DNA of 60,164 bases, filler included, from Hausera hauseri (Eukaryota): the NCBI GenBank assembly GCA_046269625.1. It is 10 parts of 10 records of this genome, joined end to end, with 100 filler letters (N's around TTAATTAATTAA, not from the genome) between each part and the next. Parts side by side here need not be neighbours in the genome. Positions count along the whole stretch, not along the records: positions 1 to 5,499 come from JBJURY010241405.1; positions 5,600 to 10,271 come from JBJURY010481243.1; positions 10,372 to 17,388 come from JBJURY010043555.1; 7 more parts are not named here. One strand, written 5' to 3'. Within the stretch, counting starts at the first letter, position 1, and each line of letters starts with the position of its first letter. The notes under the pieces were generated by a model that ran no database searches, was not told the origin of the DNA, and saw nothing but the letters and a program-made list of their open reading frames with translations. The position numbers were made by a program, and so were the translations under genes. Positions 1-10,809 of this stretch are shown piece by piece.

Positions 1-1934
1 GGAAAAAGGATATGCGTCATTTTAGGGGTATAGTGCGCCACCGGGGACACGGTCGCAAACGAAATCCCTGCGTTGTAAAGGTTGATCTGCCCAATTGGGA
101 TGGTATCAGAGACATTGGATCTGGATATTACCCTGAACATTTGATCGGTTAGTTTGGAGAACGGTAACTCATTTCCTGTTGTTCGCATATTAGCTGGTTT
201 AGCAAATGGTCTTTTAGGTTTCAGTACCTTGTTCGTAGGCTCAACGAGTAAATAACTAAATTTGTGATACTTAATTGCATTAAGTATACCTAGGGATATT
301 GGAAGTAGTGATTGGGGTACTCTTTTACAAAGTATAACAAAATAGAAAAGTAAGAAATTATCCGACCTTTTTTTACATCCTAAGTCCAGAGTGTTTGTAG
401 AGCCTGGGGTCATTGTATTTATTCGTTCGAAGTCAGTATGCGAATGTCGTTGACGTTTTTGCCGTTCATCTTTTGTTTTAGCGAAATTGGTATCCACAGA
501 ATTGCCTCGAGCTTTCAAATACAAGTCCGGTCTGTAACGCGATTCGCTCCTAACGTTATTTACTTTATACTGGTTGTCTGGGAATTCTGTGTGGCGATAT
601 ACTGAAGATCCTTCGGTTCGTTTTTTTGCCAGTAGTATACTTACAAGGTACGTTATAAGATCTTTCCTGTGTTTCCAATCTTTGAGTATGGAAGACACTG
701 TTTTGCTCATGGAATCACTGGGTGCAATATAAATACCTTTGAAAACTATTAACAATGTTTCCCATTTTTTTCGTTCAAGCCGTGTAGCCTCTCCGACAGG
801 TCTTACGATATTTTTTGTTTTTTTAATACTTTCGATTAAAATATCTTTTTTAAGTATTGAGAGATAATATTTTACGATGTACGTGTCCAGAAATTCTGAT
901 TCCACGGCACTGGCTAATTTATGTCCATCTAAGTTGCAGACCAATCCATCGTTTATTTTTCTTTTTCTGCGAGCCGCTTTCAGTTCAGCAATTTTCTTAG
1001 ATGTATTGACACCGTCATTAATAGATCGTTCAACCTCAGACGTGACGTCATGCATATTGCCACGGTCAACAATTGTTGTAATAAGATTCTCCTTACCATC
1101 TTGATCAAAAATGACGATAATCACCTTACCGAATTCCTCCGTACGTACATTTTTAATATATCCAACTTCTTGTGAAGGAGCGTTAAATTTCGGCAAAGGA
1201 GTTGCACCGGTGACTTTGCATCTTCGTCTAACGTCAAATTTACTCATCAATTTCACCACCATTATTCCGTATTTATTGGCATAATGCAGTGACAAATCCT
1301 CGACTTTACCACCAGTAACGATCACTTTGCACCCAGCGTCGGCAATTTCTTTCAATCTGTTCTCCATCAGATCTTCTTTACCTCGTGAGAATGACATGAG
1401 TTCATCGGCAGTTTGCAACAAGACCGTTCTTTTTGTTTCCGTTTGTAATTGGTCGAATGGACATGAATAAACCGCTACTTTGGATTTGCAAGAATTGGTG
1501 CATTCAGAACATTTCTTATTAGGCGAACTGTATGTAAGACACGTCGAACATTCATATTTATCGTCCGCATTTCGGAAAAATGCCTGACCATTAATTCGAC
1601 CTGCCAGAACGTCTAACGTTGCCGGATAGTTCCCAATGGTCACTTTGCACAGTTCGGAAATGATAATCCGGTAAAATTGCGATTCCAGAAACGGAAATTC
1701 TTTGGGGCTCTGACGAATAAGTTTTTCTTGGCCTTCCGGTAGACCATACGGCTCACTTCCTTGCGGTAATTTTCGCATAAGCGCACTTAACTCTTTGTCT
1801 CCATTTTCATACGACTCACCAGCCTTTCGGCACACTGTTGATAACACCTGGAACTTTATCGATAGACCTACGGTCTTGTTTATTTCCGTAAAATCGAACT
1901 GTTGAAACTCAGTGTTAAGCCCTCTGTGAGACAT
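1..1934 (-). CDS. Chimeric ORF of at least 644 codons, 3' end off-window: unknown N-terminal part + in-frame CCT8 fragment + unknown C-terminal part
   Basis: Manual translation from ATG at 1934 (in-frame TGA just upstream) to position 1 found no stop. Begins MSHRGLNTEFQQF; includes KYECSTCLTYSSPNKKCSEC then KVAVYSCPFDQLQTETK. Probably absent from the ORF track because it has no stop in the window. Confidence 0.6.
   Translation of the reverse strand, partial: MSHRGLNTEFQQFDFTEINKTVGLSIKFQVLSTVCRKAGESYENGDKELSALMRKLPQGSEPYGLPEGQEKLIRQSPKEFPFLESQFYRIIISELCKVTIGNYPATLDVLAGRINGQAFFRNADDKYECSTCLTYSSPNKKCSECTNSCKSKVAVYSCPFDQLQTETKRTVLLQTADELMSFSRGKEDLMENRLKEIADAGCKVIVTGGKVEDLSLHYANKYGIMVVKLMSKFDVRRRCKVTGATPLPKFNAPSQEVGYIKNVRTEEFGKVIIVIFDQDGKENLITTIVDRGNMHDVTSEVERSINDGVNTSKKIAELKAARRKRKINDGLVCNLDGHKLASAVESEFLDTYIVKYYLSILKKDILIESIKKTKNIVRPVGEATRLERKKWETLLIVFKGIYIAPSDSMSKTVSSILKDWKHRKDLITYLVSILLAKKRTEGSSVYRHTEFPDNQYKVNNVRSESRYRPDLYLKARGNSVDTNFAKTKDERQKRQRHSHTDFERINTMTPGSTNTLDLGCKKRSDNFLLFYFVILCKRVPQSLLPISLGILNAIKYHKFSYLLVEPTNKVLKPKRPFAKPANMRTTGNELPFSKLTDQMFRVISRSNVSDTIPIGQINLYNAGISFATVSPVAHYTPKMTHILF
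867..1481 (-). pseudogene. CCT8: Chaperonin CCT theta (TCP-1 theta) fragment, intronless, with internal deletion
   Basis: KVAVYSCPFD..TETK.TVLL.TADELMSFSRG, VIVTGGKVEDLSLHYANKYGIMVVKLMSKFDVRR, EVERSINDGVNT, then a jump to FLDTYIVKY. These match diagnostic CCT8 motifs. Confidence 0.9.
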
Positions 1935-2144
1935 AACATTTAAAATTCATTGATAAGTCCTTTTCATTACATCAAGAACAAAAAACTCCCTTTGGATTCC
2001 AACACGAGTATTACGAAAGATTTACCCAACACTGCTATTGTGTTCAAGTTTCACCTTGAATTTCAACGAAACAAATTGAACGTTTATGATTGGTTTCAGA
2101 CATTGAATATTGGTTTACCCTGAGGTCAAAAATTTGAGCCTTCA

Positions 2145-2800
2145 ATGAAGGACACCAAATGGTTTATTCGAAGTTTCGTTAGGCCGAATTTGCGTTCGGA
2201 AGTGCGACAAAAGGCGACAAAAAATTAACCAAGGACATAATTGATTTGATTAATTCGAAATTCCGTGGACAGAATAGAATTGTTTACCGTTTGTCACGGA
2301 AGGAGTATATTCAAGTGGCACAGGAATTGAACAAAGCTTGTTTGAAAGCAAAATCATATTATGCCTGTATGGTTGATAGTGCACGAGTAAAAGTTTAACA
2401 AATGTGGATAAACGAGCAAGATTGCAAAATAGTCTGCGCTACAATTGCATCTGGCATGGGTACTGATAAAGCGGATGTGAGATTCGTTATCCACTACTCG
2501 ATCCCGACATCTGTTGAGGGATATTACCAGGAAACAGGTCGTGCTGGACGAGATGGACTTCCGGCTGTTTGGGTGTTGTACTATTACTGCCAGGATGTTA
2601 TACGAATGCAGCGCACGATTGATAGAGATCAAACCGGAAATTGTGAAACGAAACACCAACACGAAATACAGTTGTATAAAATGGCGTCATTCTGTGAGAA
2701 TGCGTTAGACTGTTGACGAAATCACCTTTTAAGTCATTTCGGTGAACATTTTGACAAAGCGCTTTGTGGGGTGGTCCGAAACTGCGAATGTAAGTCGATT
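2145..2800 (+). pseudogene. BLM: RecQ helicase (BLM-like) HelicC + RQC fragment with stops and frameshifts
   Basis: [76 protein letters not shown]. Confidence 0.85.
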
Positions 2801-2845
2801 GACGATGTATTTATATTTTCTGTAAACGATATCAGTAGATCAATT

Positions 2846-2962
2846 TGTTGGCACGTTTATGAGTTAGTCCAAAAGTCAGATAGGACGTACGATAAAGCCG
2901 TAAAATGTTATCTGAGAGCATTGAAAATAGATAAAGATAAAATTCAGGTATTGCCTGATTTG
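2846..2962 (+). pseudogene. NAA15: NatA auxiliary subunit (TPR) fragment of about 39 codons, fused to the RecQ fragment
   Basis: CWHVYELVQKSDRTYDKAVKCYLRALKIDKDKIQVLPDL versus NAA15 [39 protein letters not shown]. Confidence 0.85.
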
Positions 2963-5499
2963 AGGGAAACTCGGTCATCCTGCAATTTGGGGCCCGCCGC
3001 GCCGAGGCGGAGGACCCGACCGTTAACCCTGCGCCGGTCGGTCAGACGGCGCCTTCCGCGTCGGCCGCACAGCACGTCTCAGGCACTCTACTTCCACCTC
3101 TATTTCCCTTTTCTTCAATAATACACACATTTACACACAGTACATCACATTTACATATTGCAACTCTTCGAACCTTCATTTCTTTCTTACTTAACTCTTC
3201 CCATATTTACCTCACCCATAACGGCGCTATCATACCTTTTACCGGAACCCTATCATCTTTCTCAAGCCACACTTGACTCCACATACATCTCCGTATCCAT
3301 GGTGGCACGAACTCTTCGCCAACCATTGACACTACGGATAAAACCACCACAAAACCAAAATCTGTCATATTATTTCAAAAATCCACTCCTAATCCTGCTA
3401 GCAACTTCCCACTCATTACCTCTTCCGCTCCTTTCCCTTACTGCACCGAATTTTTCATCGGCAACCAAGGCTCCAGCAAAACGTGGTTGCAATTCCATAA
3501 GCTATGGCTACAGGCAAATAACATCACTGACTCTTTAACTAGAGCACATAATCTTCTCTTTCTCCCTAATAATATCAAAACTCGAATTCACAACATCATC
3601 GAAATCTTTGAACTTCCAGACCCATATTCCCAACTCTCCAACGCAGTTCTTAAGATCAGAGAACCTTCCATGGACACGATCATACAGCGTTTCTTCCACG
3701 ACAATGTTATAGGCACCCAACGGCCATCAGAATTCTTACGCACCTCTTTAGCACATCTACATACCCTCGGCGTCACTAAAGAACACAACCAGAACTACTG
3801 CGCCACTATTTCCTCAATGCACTACCTATCCAAATCCGGGCCCTACTTACCGTGATTGGAGACTCCACCGCTTGAGAAATTGGCCGACTTAGCCGATAGG
3901 ACACACGACGTCCTACACGTAAATTTTCCACCAGTTGTTTTAGCAACAGTTGCCGCTAACGATATTCAAACAAATAACATGTCTATAGAACAACAGCTTA
4001 ATCAGCTACGTGCTGAAAATATTGCACTACACGCAACAATCAACAATATCAATAATAAACTAAGCGAACTCACCCTGTCCCGCCGGAGGGATTTTGTCGC
4101 TGATCGCGTCCGTTCTGCGTCTAGAAACCGCTCACCATTGCCTGCGCGTTCGTTGATCTGCTATTACCACAGCAGATTTAACACTAATGCTCAGAAGTGC
4201 TGCCTAGGGTGCAAATTTTACAACAAGAGTTTTTTCTCGGACACCGTTGTTTAAATCTATCATGCAAGGTACAAAAATCAGGCTCGTAAATGCATTCCAG
4301 GCTGCACTTTCAAATCAAATACGAACGACGGACGTACTACCTTTCCTTCTAATAGTCGTCCTAATTCACCCTTTCAAAAAAACTAAGTTCGCCGCCAGAA
4401 GTCACGGCAAATTCTTGCAAAGGCACTACTTCACTTTCTGAACGCCGACACGTCTCTTTTGCTGTCTTTACTCTAAAGGCTGCAATCACTGCTCCTACAA
4501 CGCAATCTGTTGATTTTCTCATCGATTCAGGTGCAGCGATTTCTTTATTACCGCAAACCTTTCCTGTACAAAATTCTCCATTTAGAATTAAGCCCTTATA
4601 CACTACTTCAGGCCAACCGCTGCACATTTCTGGCATGGTTAAATTATCTTTCACCTTACCAAATTTTCTTTTACCTTTCCACTGAACGTTCACAGTCTCT
4701 AACGTCCAGACGGCAATTCTAGGATCCGACTTTCTATCGCATTATAATTTATTAGTTGACTGCAGTCAGCGATGTTTGAGGAACGGCACCACTGGCAACA
4801 TTTCCCAGCATGTCCATAGCATTTCGACTACCGCGCAGTCGACAGGAACGCGGAGATCAATCCTAAAAAACCAATGAATAACTTCAATTTTCACAACAAT
4901 AATTCAATTCGTAAATTGTTAAATAATAATATTGATAGTCGATTGAGGTTCGACGTCGATAATTGTGGTACTGCCACCAACGTCAATTCATTCGACGAAA
5001 TCACTTCACCCAACACCATTTTCAATTCGACCATCTTACACCAAATACCACTCGACTGCTCATCGCCAAACAACTCAAAAATTGCATCCGCTACTACTCA
5101 AGCCGTTTCACGATTTCCACCAAATCTCTCACAGTTACCTACAACTTTACAGCAATTCGTCAACACATCATGTCCACGCATACTTAAAAAAACCGTACGT
5201 TTACTCCCGCAAACAGTACTTTACACCACATAGTTACACAACATCAACGCCCAATACGCCAAAAGGTACGGTCTCTGTCACTTCGCCGTAGACAGGCTGT
5301 AGAAGCCGAATTTCTTGAGCTAGAACGTTCCGGCATAGTACGCCGTTCCAAATATCCTTGATCATCACATTTACACGTTGTACAAAAAAGGACGGTACTT
5401 TTAGACCATGCGGTGACTATCAACAGCTGAACAACTTGACTATCATGGATGCGTACCCTTTACCACTCATCAAGGATATCTTGCATCGTCTTAATTCAA
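2961..5499 (+). mobile_element. Degraded CsRn1-like Ty3/Gypsy retrotransposon: putative 5' LTR about 2961-3299, gag, protease, start of RT; cut by contig end
   Basis: Gag with IGTQRPSEFLR and CHCC finger CYYHSRFNTNAQKCCLGC plus a second degraded finger. Protease FLIDSGAAISLLP at about 4514. RT start [24 protein letters not shown]-rich TG-starting block at 2961; CA followed by TGGTGGCA at 3298-3307. Confidence 0.9.
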
Positions 5500-5599
5500 N
5501 NNNNNNNNNNNNNNNNNNNNNNNNNNNNNNNNNNNNNNNNNNNTTAATTAATTAANNNNNNNNNNNNNNNNNNNNNNNNNNNNNNNNNNNNNNNNNNNN
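5500..5599. other. Artificial contig linker N44-TTAATTAATTAA-N44; the same linker is at 10272, 17389, 22234, 31540, 38830, 43703, 47920 and 53675
   Basis: Identical 100-bp spacer with stops in all six frames, repeated 9 times. Confidence 0.98.
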
Positions 5600-6247
5600 G
5601 GTGGCTGACATTTGTGAGGGGATTCTATTTCTTTCATAGCGTTGATATTTTTGCGTACTATTATTTCTTCTTTTGTCGTAACCATTATAATTATTTCTAG
5701 ACTTATTCCACTTATGTAATTTCGCATCCCGTTCAGCCTTTCGTGCCTTTCTTATTGCTTCCTGGAAAGTAGGTGGATCCGCTTGTGAAATTATTGTCCT
5801 TAATCTTTCTTATAATTTATATTGAAACTGGGCTAACAATGCATTGATTCGTATCGTAGCGTCAGGATATGCTCTCGCTTCGAGTTTTTTCAATACACAG
5901 ACAAAGTCCTGCACGGTTTCATCTTTCCGTTGCCTCCTTCTTATAAATTCTTCAATTCTTTCCTTTTCAGAGGGATCTATTAGAAATTTTTGAGGCAGTT
6001 TTTCTTTGATTCCTTTTCAGTGTTTCTTGTCTTCTTCGGACATTTGGAAGTAAATCATGAGAGCCGTCCCTTTCAAATGAAGGGGTAATCTTTTTACTCT
6101 TTGATTGTCGTCCCATCCGAGTCTTTTGGAATATACCTCATATTCCATCATAAAATCTTGAATATCTTCTTTACCCGAAAACTTCTTCATGAATAAGGTG
6201 AAGTCAGCCTTTGACTGAATCACCCGCTTAACATTGTGGTTTGCCAT
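5600..6247 (-). pseudogene. Ty3/Gypsy gag (capsid) 5' part with stops
   Basis: KFSGKEDIQDFMMEYEVYSKRLGWDDNQRVKRLPLHLKGTALMIY..RRQRKDETVQDFVCVLKKLEARAYP..PPTFQEAIRKA. Confidence 0.85.
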
Positions 6248-6376
6248 GGGTTCTTCTTCGCTTAAATTTTGTATATACTCTAATCCAAAAGGTAGGTTTT
6301 CTTCTGGTTGGTATACTGTTCCTTTTCTTGTCGTTATCTTGCTACCGTTAATCTAAAGGCCTATTAATTAAATTTA

Positions 6377-6394
6377 TCCCGGGTCACGGCACCA
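6377..6394 (-). promoter_or_regulatory. Primer-binding site complementary to the tRNA-His 3' end
   Basis: Minus strand TGGTGCCGTGACCCGGGA, 3 nt after an LTR end ...GAACA and just upstream of gag. Confidence 0.8.
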
Positions 6395-6397
6395 GTT

Positions 6398-7131
6398 TGT
6401 TCAGTCCTCATTAATGTAAACACTTAGGATAAGATATAACTTCGTAACTTTACCAATTAATGAGACGAAAAAAGATCTTTAATACGAGGATAATTGGATG
6501 TGGTTTTCCTTACTTAACTGTGAGTCGGTAATGTGTTTCAAGAAAGTCACTTGAATCAAATTTAGTTATTTAGTTATTGTTTATTATCCTATGCTTTATT
6601 GAGAGTTACTTTGGCCGTCGTGAGGTAGTTTTGACCTGGACGTCGAATTTATTCACGTTATTTAACGATTTACTTAATTAGTTTAGTTAATTGATAAACA
6701 CAACGATTACTCCCATTATATGAAAACGTATATTCTATTAAAATTATACAAATAAGAAAGACCAAATTAACAATCAATCATATACAAAAGTAAAATGCTT
6801 ACGTGAAGACGTGTGAAATTGTAAAATCTTTTTTTTACTTGTGTTTGAGAGAAAAATCACGGTTTATATAGCAATTCTCGTTAACAGAGATTCCATAAAA
6901 ATTTCATTACATATTAATAAAATTACTCCAGTTCACATAAAAATTCCATAGTACATATGCAAAATATACAGAAAATTTTGAATAAATCAGCACGCACATA
7001 AGAATTCAGGCGTGATCAGTTGCGTGATTAACATGAAATGGTTAATGCATTTATTAATATCACTTTAATGTCACAGTATGATTATTTAGTATCGCTGTCA
7101 CAATATGATTATCTATTATCGAGGTCTTACA
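6398..7131 (-). repeat. Putative LTR (about 734 bp, TGT...ACA)
   Basis: Minus strand starts TGTAAGACC 38 nt after the last ORF stop and ends CTGAACA before the PBS. Non-coding, AT-rich, TATA-like TATATAAA at about 6863-6870, about 26-bp tandem repeats at its start. Confidence 0.65.
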
Positions 7132-7168
7132 ATATCGACGGGGGTTTGAAGAAATTGCCCCGAATTTA

Positions 7169-9985
7169 TCACTGATCGAGCATTAGAGACATATGGATGT
7201 ATTTACCCGAGGTTCTTGATTTGTACCGGATTGGCTCGGGTTTGTAGATTTCATCATGCAATATGACTGTTTTATCCAGCTGGATTTTTCGTTTTCTTCC
7301 ACACTGCGACGCCGTTGGTGCTGTTTGCACCGTATCGGAAGCCGAACTCTGAGTAATGTACTCGTCTGTCCATTTTAATTGCTTATAAATCGACTGATAA
7401 CATTGAGCAAGGGCAGTGTTTCGAAGAGAGAAGCCCTTTGCATCATAAAACTTGCGAGCGAGTTCTTTATAGGTATTGGTTGATAACTGATACCGACAGA
7501 TAACATCCTCGTGATGTAGAATATCACGAACTCCAGCTATCCGCCGGATTGGACACTTGAAATGGTTTATAACCATTTTAACCACGTCGGCTCCAATCAC
7601 AATTTTTACGGTTATTGCTTCGGCCACTTTTCGATAAAAGTCCACTGGATCTATCTGATTGTTTATATTAGACTCGGTAAGGCCTGTTATGTGTGTATCA
7701 AAGTTATTGATACGCCGCCTCTGGGTAATGATTCCGTAGAGTAGGGTGTCTCCATTTAGGGTCAGAACCGAAGCTTCTATAGGTTGAAGCTGATTTCAAT
7801 GGTCATAGACCAGATTGACGGTTGCAATGACCATGTCTTTATCTGTAATTTTCTCCAATCTTCGGAAAGAGATGTTCTTATATTTGACGTAATTCGGTTC
7901 CGGGAGGTTGAAACACATTCCTTCTGGAAGGCTCGGGTAAAATTTTTCGTGCTTGATTATTTCCAGTGCTAATATCACACAATTCGTGCAAGAGCGAATT
8001 TTGAATAGGTTGTCTTTAATAAACGAGTGGTCAAAAGCAAAACCATGCTCTGGATCGACATTGATTAAATCTCCTCTGATGGATGTTTTCCTATCTGTTG
8101 TTTTTATTTGAATTTGACCCACTACACCATATAAGTTCAATGAATGGAATCGATTAGGTAGAATGATTATTTCAGTCAAAAGAAATGAGGTGGCTTTGAT
8201 TATTTGCATTATGGCAAGAGATAGGTTTGCCATACTATACCCTTTTAAGTTTTTTGGGATCTGTTGAGTTTGAGGGTAGTTAAGGCCTGTCATGTAATCA
8301 TTGTGAGATACATAGTATTGGTTGGATGGATTGGCATTTATTATGTAATTCTTCACGTTACTATACCAGTGTTTAGAGCGATTGATAGTCTGAATCTGGT
8401 GGAAGGTTGTTGCTGAGACTGCAAAAATGAAAGTCAATACGTCATTTATCACTATACTTAAACACAACACAACGGTTATCAGACCACTTATAGGGGCGAT
8501 CGTTGTGGTTTCGTTACTATTTCTAAAGTGCAAAAAACCCGATGTTGTTTGGTTATCTGTTTAATAAGGGTTGCGCATGTTGCAATCCTTGACATTAGTC
8601 GTCAGCTGAGGTTGTCCGTATCTAACGGGTTTATTAGATTACACAAGTCAATTCTGATCCAACTTCTTCTTTGTTTAAATCGCCAGCACAAGATTCTACC
8701 CACTATTACTAATATTACTGTGAAGATTATAGGGATTAATGATCCTATGCATATTATTTCTATTCGAGAATATTTATAAGCGGCTCGTGCGGGTGTTGAT
8801 TTTATAAGATGCGCTTATTTCATAACTTACCCTAGTGATAGCTGACACTATTTTTGTAGAAGTTGTTTTATCTTTATCATCTAGTAAATGTAATATTATC
8901 GTAAATTGAGTATTGGGATGTAAGGCTGCACATGTTGCCACTAAGTCATCTGGCGTTGTGACTCCCTTAGCCACTACTATGTCTCGTTTCTTGCAACTAA
9001 ATTTAATTTTTACAAAATCTAAATCTGGTCTGACCGAAATAATTAATGCAGTGGGAGCTGCTATGATAGTGACGTTATCCCATATGGAGCGTTTTGAACG
9101 ATAATAGGAAGCATATGGTTTGACCAAGGTGGTCATTTTTCTTTTTTCAGCGGAGGACTTCACAAGTGGCGTCGTGGTCTTTTCTTGTATATCATCGCAT
9201 TCCTTCTGATTTTTATATCTTATAAACATTACGGGTCCTTTTCGCACTATTGGATATCCCAATTTACCATTTATTCTTCGAAATAAAAGGTAATAAACGT
9301 GATATATTTTTCCTCGTGTAACCATACAACACGTGCGTTGTTTTTTACCTTTTATCTTACAAACTCTGAATTCCGGGGTTACTGTTAACACTAATTTTAT
9401 TGTTATTCTTCGCGTTTGGTCTAATTGTATCATGGTTATTATCTCAATACAACTTCTTCCACTTATAAATCCTATAGGTCTTGCTAATAACTGGTTGAGT
9501 ATTATTTCGTCTATTTGGGATTCGTTTATTTGTTGTTTGGTAGGAATTACTAATGATCTGTAGAACTTTGTTTGCCGACTCGAAGAATAATCTCCTTCTC
9601 TACTTACAAGTGTGAGATACAGGTAGTGAACACCTGAGCTTTGTATTACGCATGGGGTTTGGTTGGTATCTAAGAGGAATAAACAATTATAATGGCGTTT
9701 ATCCAAATTTCTTTTGATATCCTCCTGCCAAGGTATTATTTGTATTGCCATTACATATTTCAGAGTCATTCGTTNNNNNNNNNNCGGCATGTTCCAAATT
9801 ACTACTTTCTAACCTCTTCTTGATTAAATTATTTTATACTGTAAATTCTTCATTAACAGGTACTCTATTATAAGTATAGCATGCCGTATTTTTGATTGTT
9901 TAATTTCTTGGTCTGTCATTTGTCCAGTCACTGGGGAAAGTAAAAAGATGGCTGGCAGCAATAGGCTTTTTATTAACCAATACAT
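7169..9985 (-). pseudogene. Degraded extra ORF in the env position, with signal peptide and internal hydrophobic segment; no recognised homology
   Basis: ORF pieces 9824-10105, 8774-9790, 7796-8533 and 7169-7645 lie between the integrase C-terminus and the LTR. Signal-like MYWLIKSLLLPAIFLLSPVTG; hydrophobic ISGLITVVLCLSIVINDVLTFIFAVSA. Confidence 0.55.
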
Positions 9986-10079
9986 TCTATGGGTTGAACT
10001 TTCGTCCTCAATATTTTCAGTAATACTTAGTACGATTTCCTTTTCGCCTTTCCTTAGCCCACTATCTCGAGCCGTTGGC

Positions 10080-10271
10080 TTACATCTGTTAACGTGGACA
10101 TTCACGTATTTATTGTTTTTTTTTCAAGCATACATTTGGTAGACTCACTTTCTCCACTTCATACGGTCCTTCATATGGTCGTCCCAAATTAGACGTTTTA
10201 CCCTTCTCGATTGCCGGAGAATATAACACTACTTGGTCGCCTATCTTAATTTTCAGTTTCTTGGTCTTCTT
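10080..10271 (-). mobile_element. Gypsy integrase C-terminal GPY/F module
   Basis: KIGDQVVYILRQSRRGKTSNLGRPYEGPYEVEKVSLPNVCL...NVHVNRCKP. Confidence 0.8.
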
Positions 10272-10809
10272 NNNNNNNNNNNNNNNNNNNNNNNNNNNNN
10301 NNNNNNNNNNNNNNNTTAATTAATTAANNNNNNNNNNNNNNNNNNNNNNNNNNNNNNNNNNNNNNNNNNNNACGCTTTCGACGTTTTACCTTATCGCGCC
10401 AGAATACAGCTATGTGTACCGTCGTCCGAATTTTACAACATATTTATCTCTTTGCGCGGTGGACCGCACTCAGCAAATTAACAGGACGTATTTGATAGGT
10501 GTAGCTGTTGCTCTTATTTATTTGTAGAGAAAGGTTTCTGTAAAGACATGTGTGTCAGTATTTATGGCTTTATTTTCATTTCGTTATTGCATATGAGCGA
10601 AATGCGAACTTATTCATTTGGCTGTTCTCAAAGACATTGTTGTGTATGTAAACCTTATCTACTGTGCTTATAACACGAAAAGAAGTTGTTTCATTAAAAA
10701 GTGCCATCCAGATCCTCACAAATGTTTAATAGACTTTAGTTATGCAAGATTTAAAAATAATTGATTATATAGTTAATAAATCTATAATTGTTGTTCAGTT
10801 TGATCTTTT

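Noticed and set aside
5500-5599. Recurrent TTAATTAATTAA motif flanked by Ns as a biological repeat
   Set aside because: It is an identical 100-bp assembly linker. ORFs ending in X..LIN and any cross-linker synteny are artefacts.
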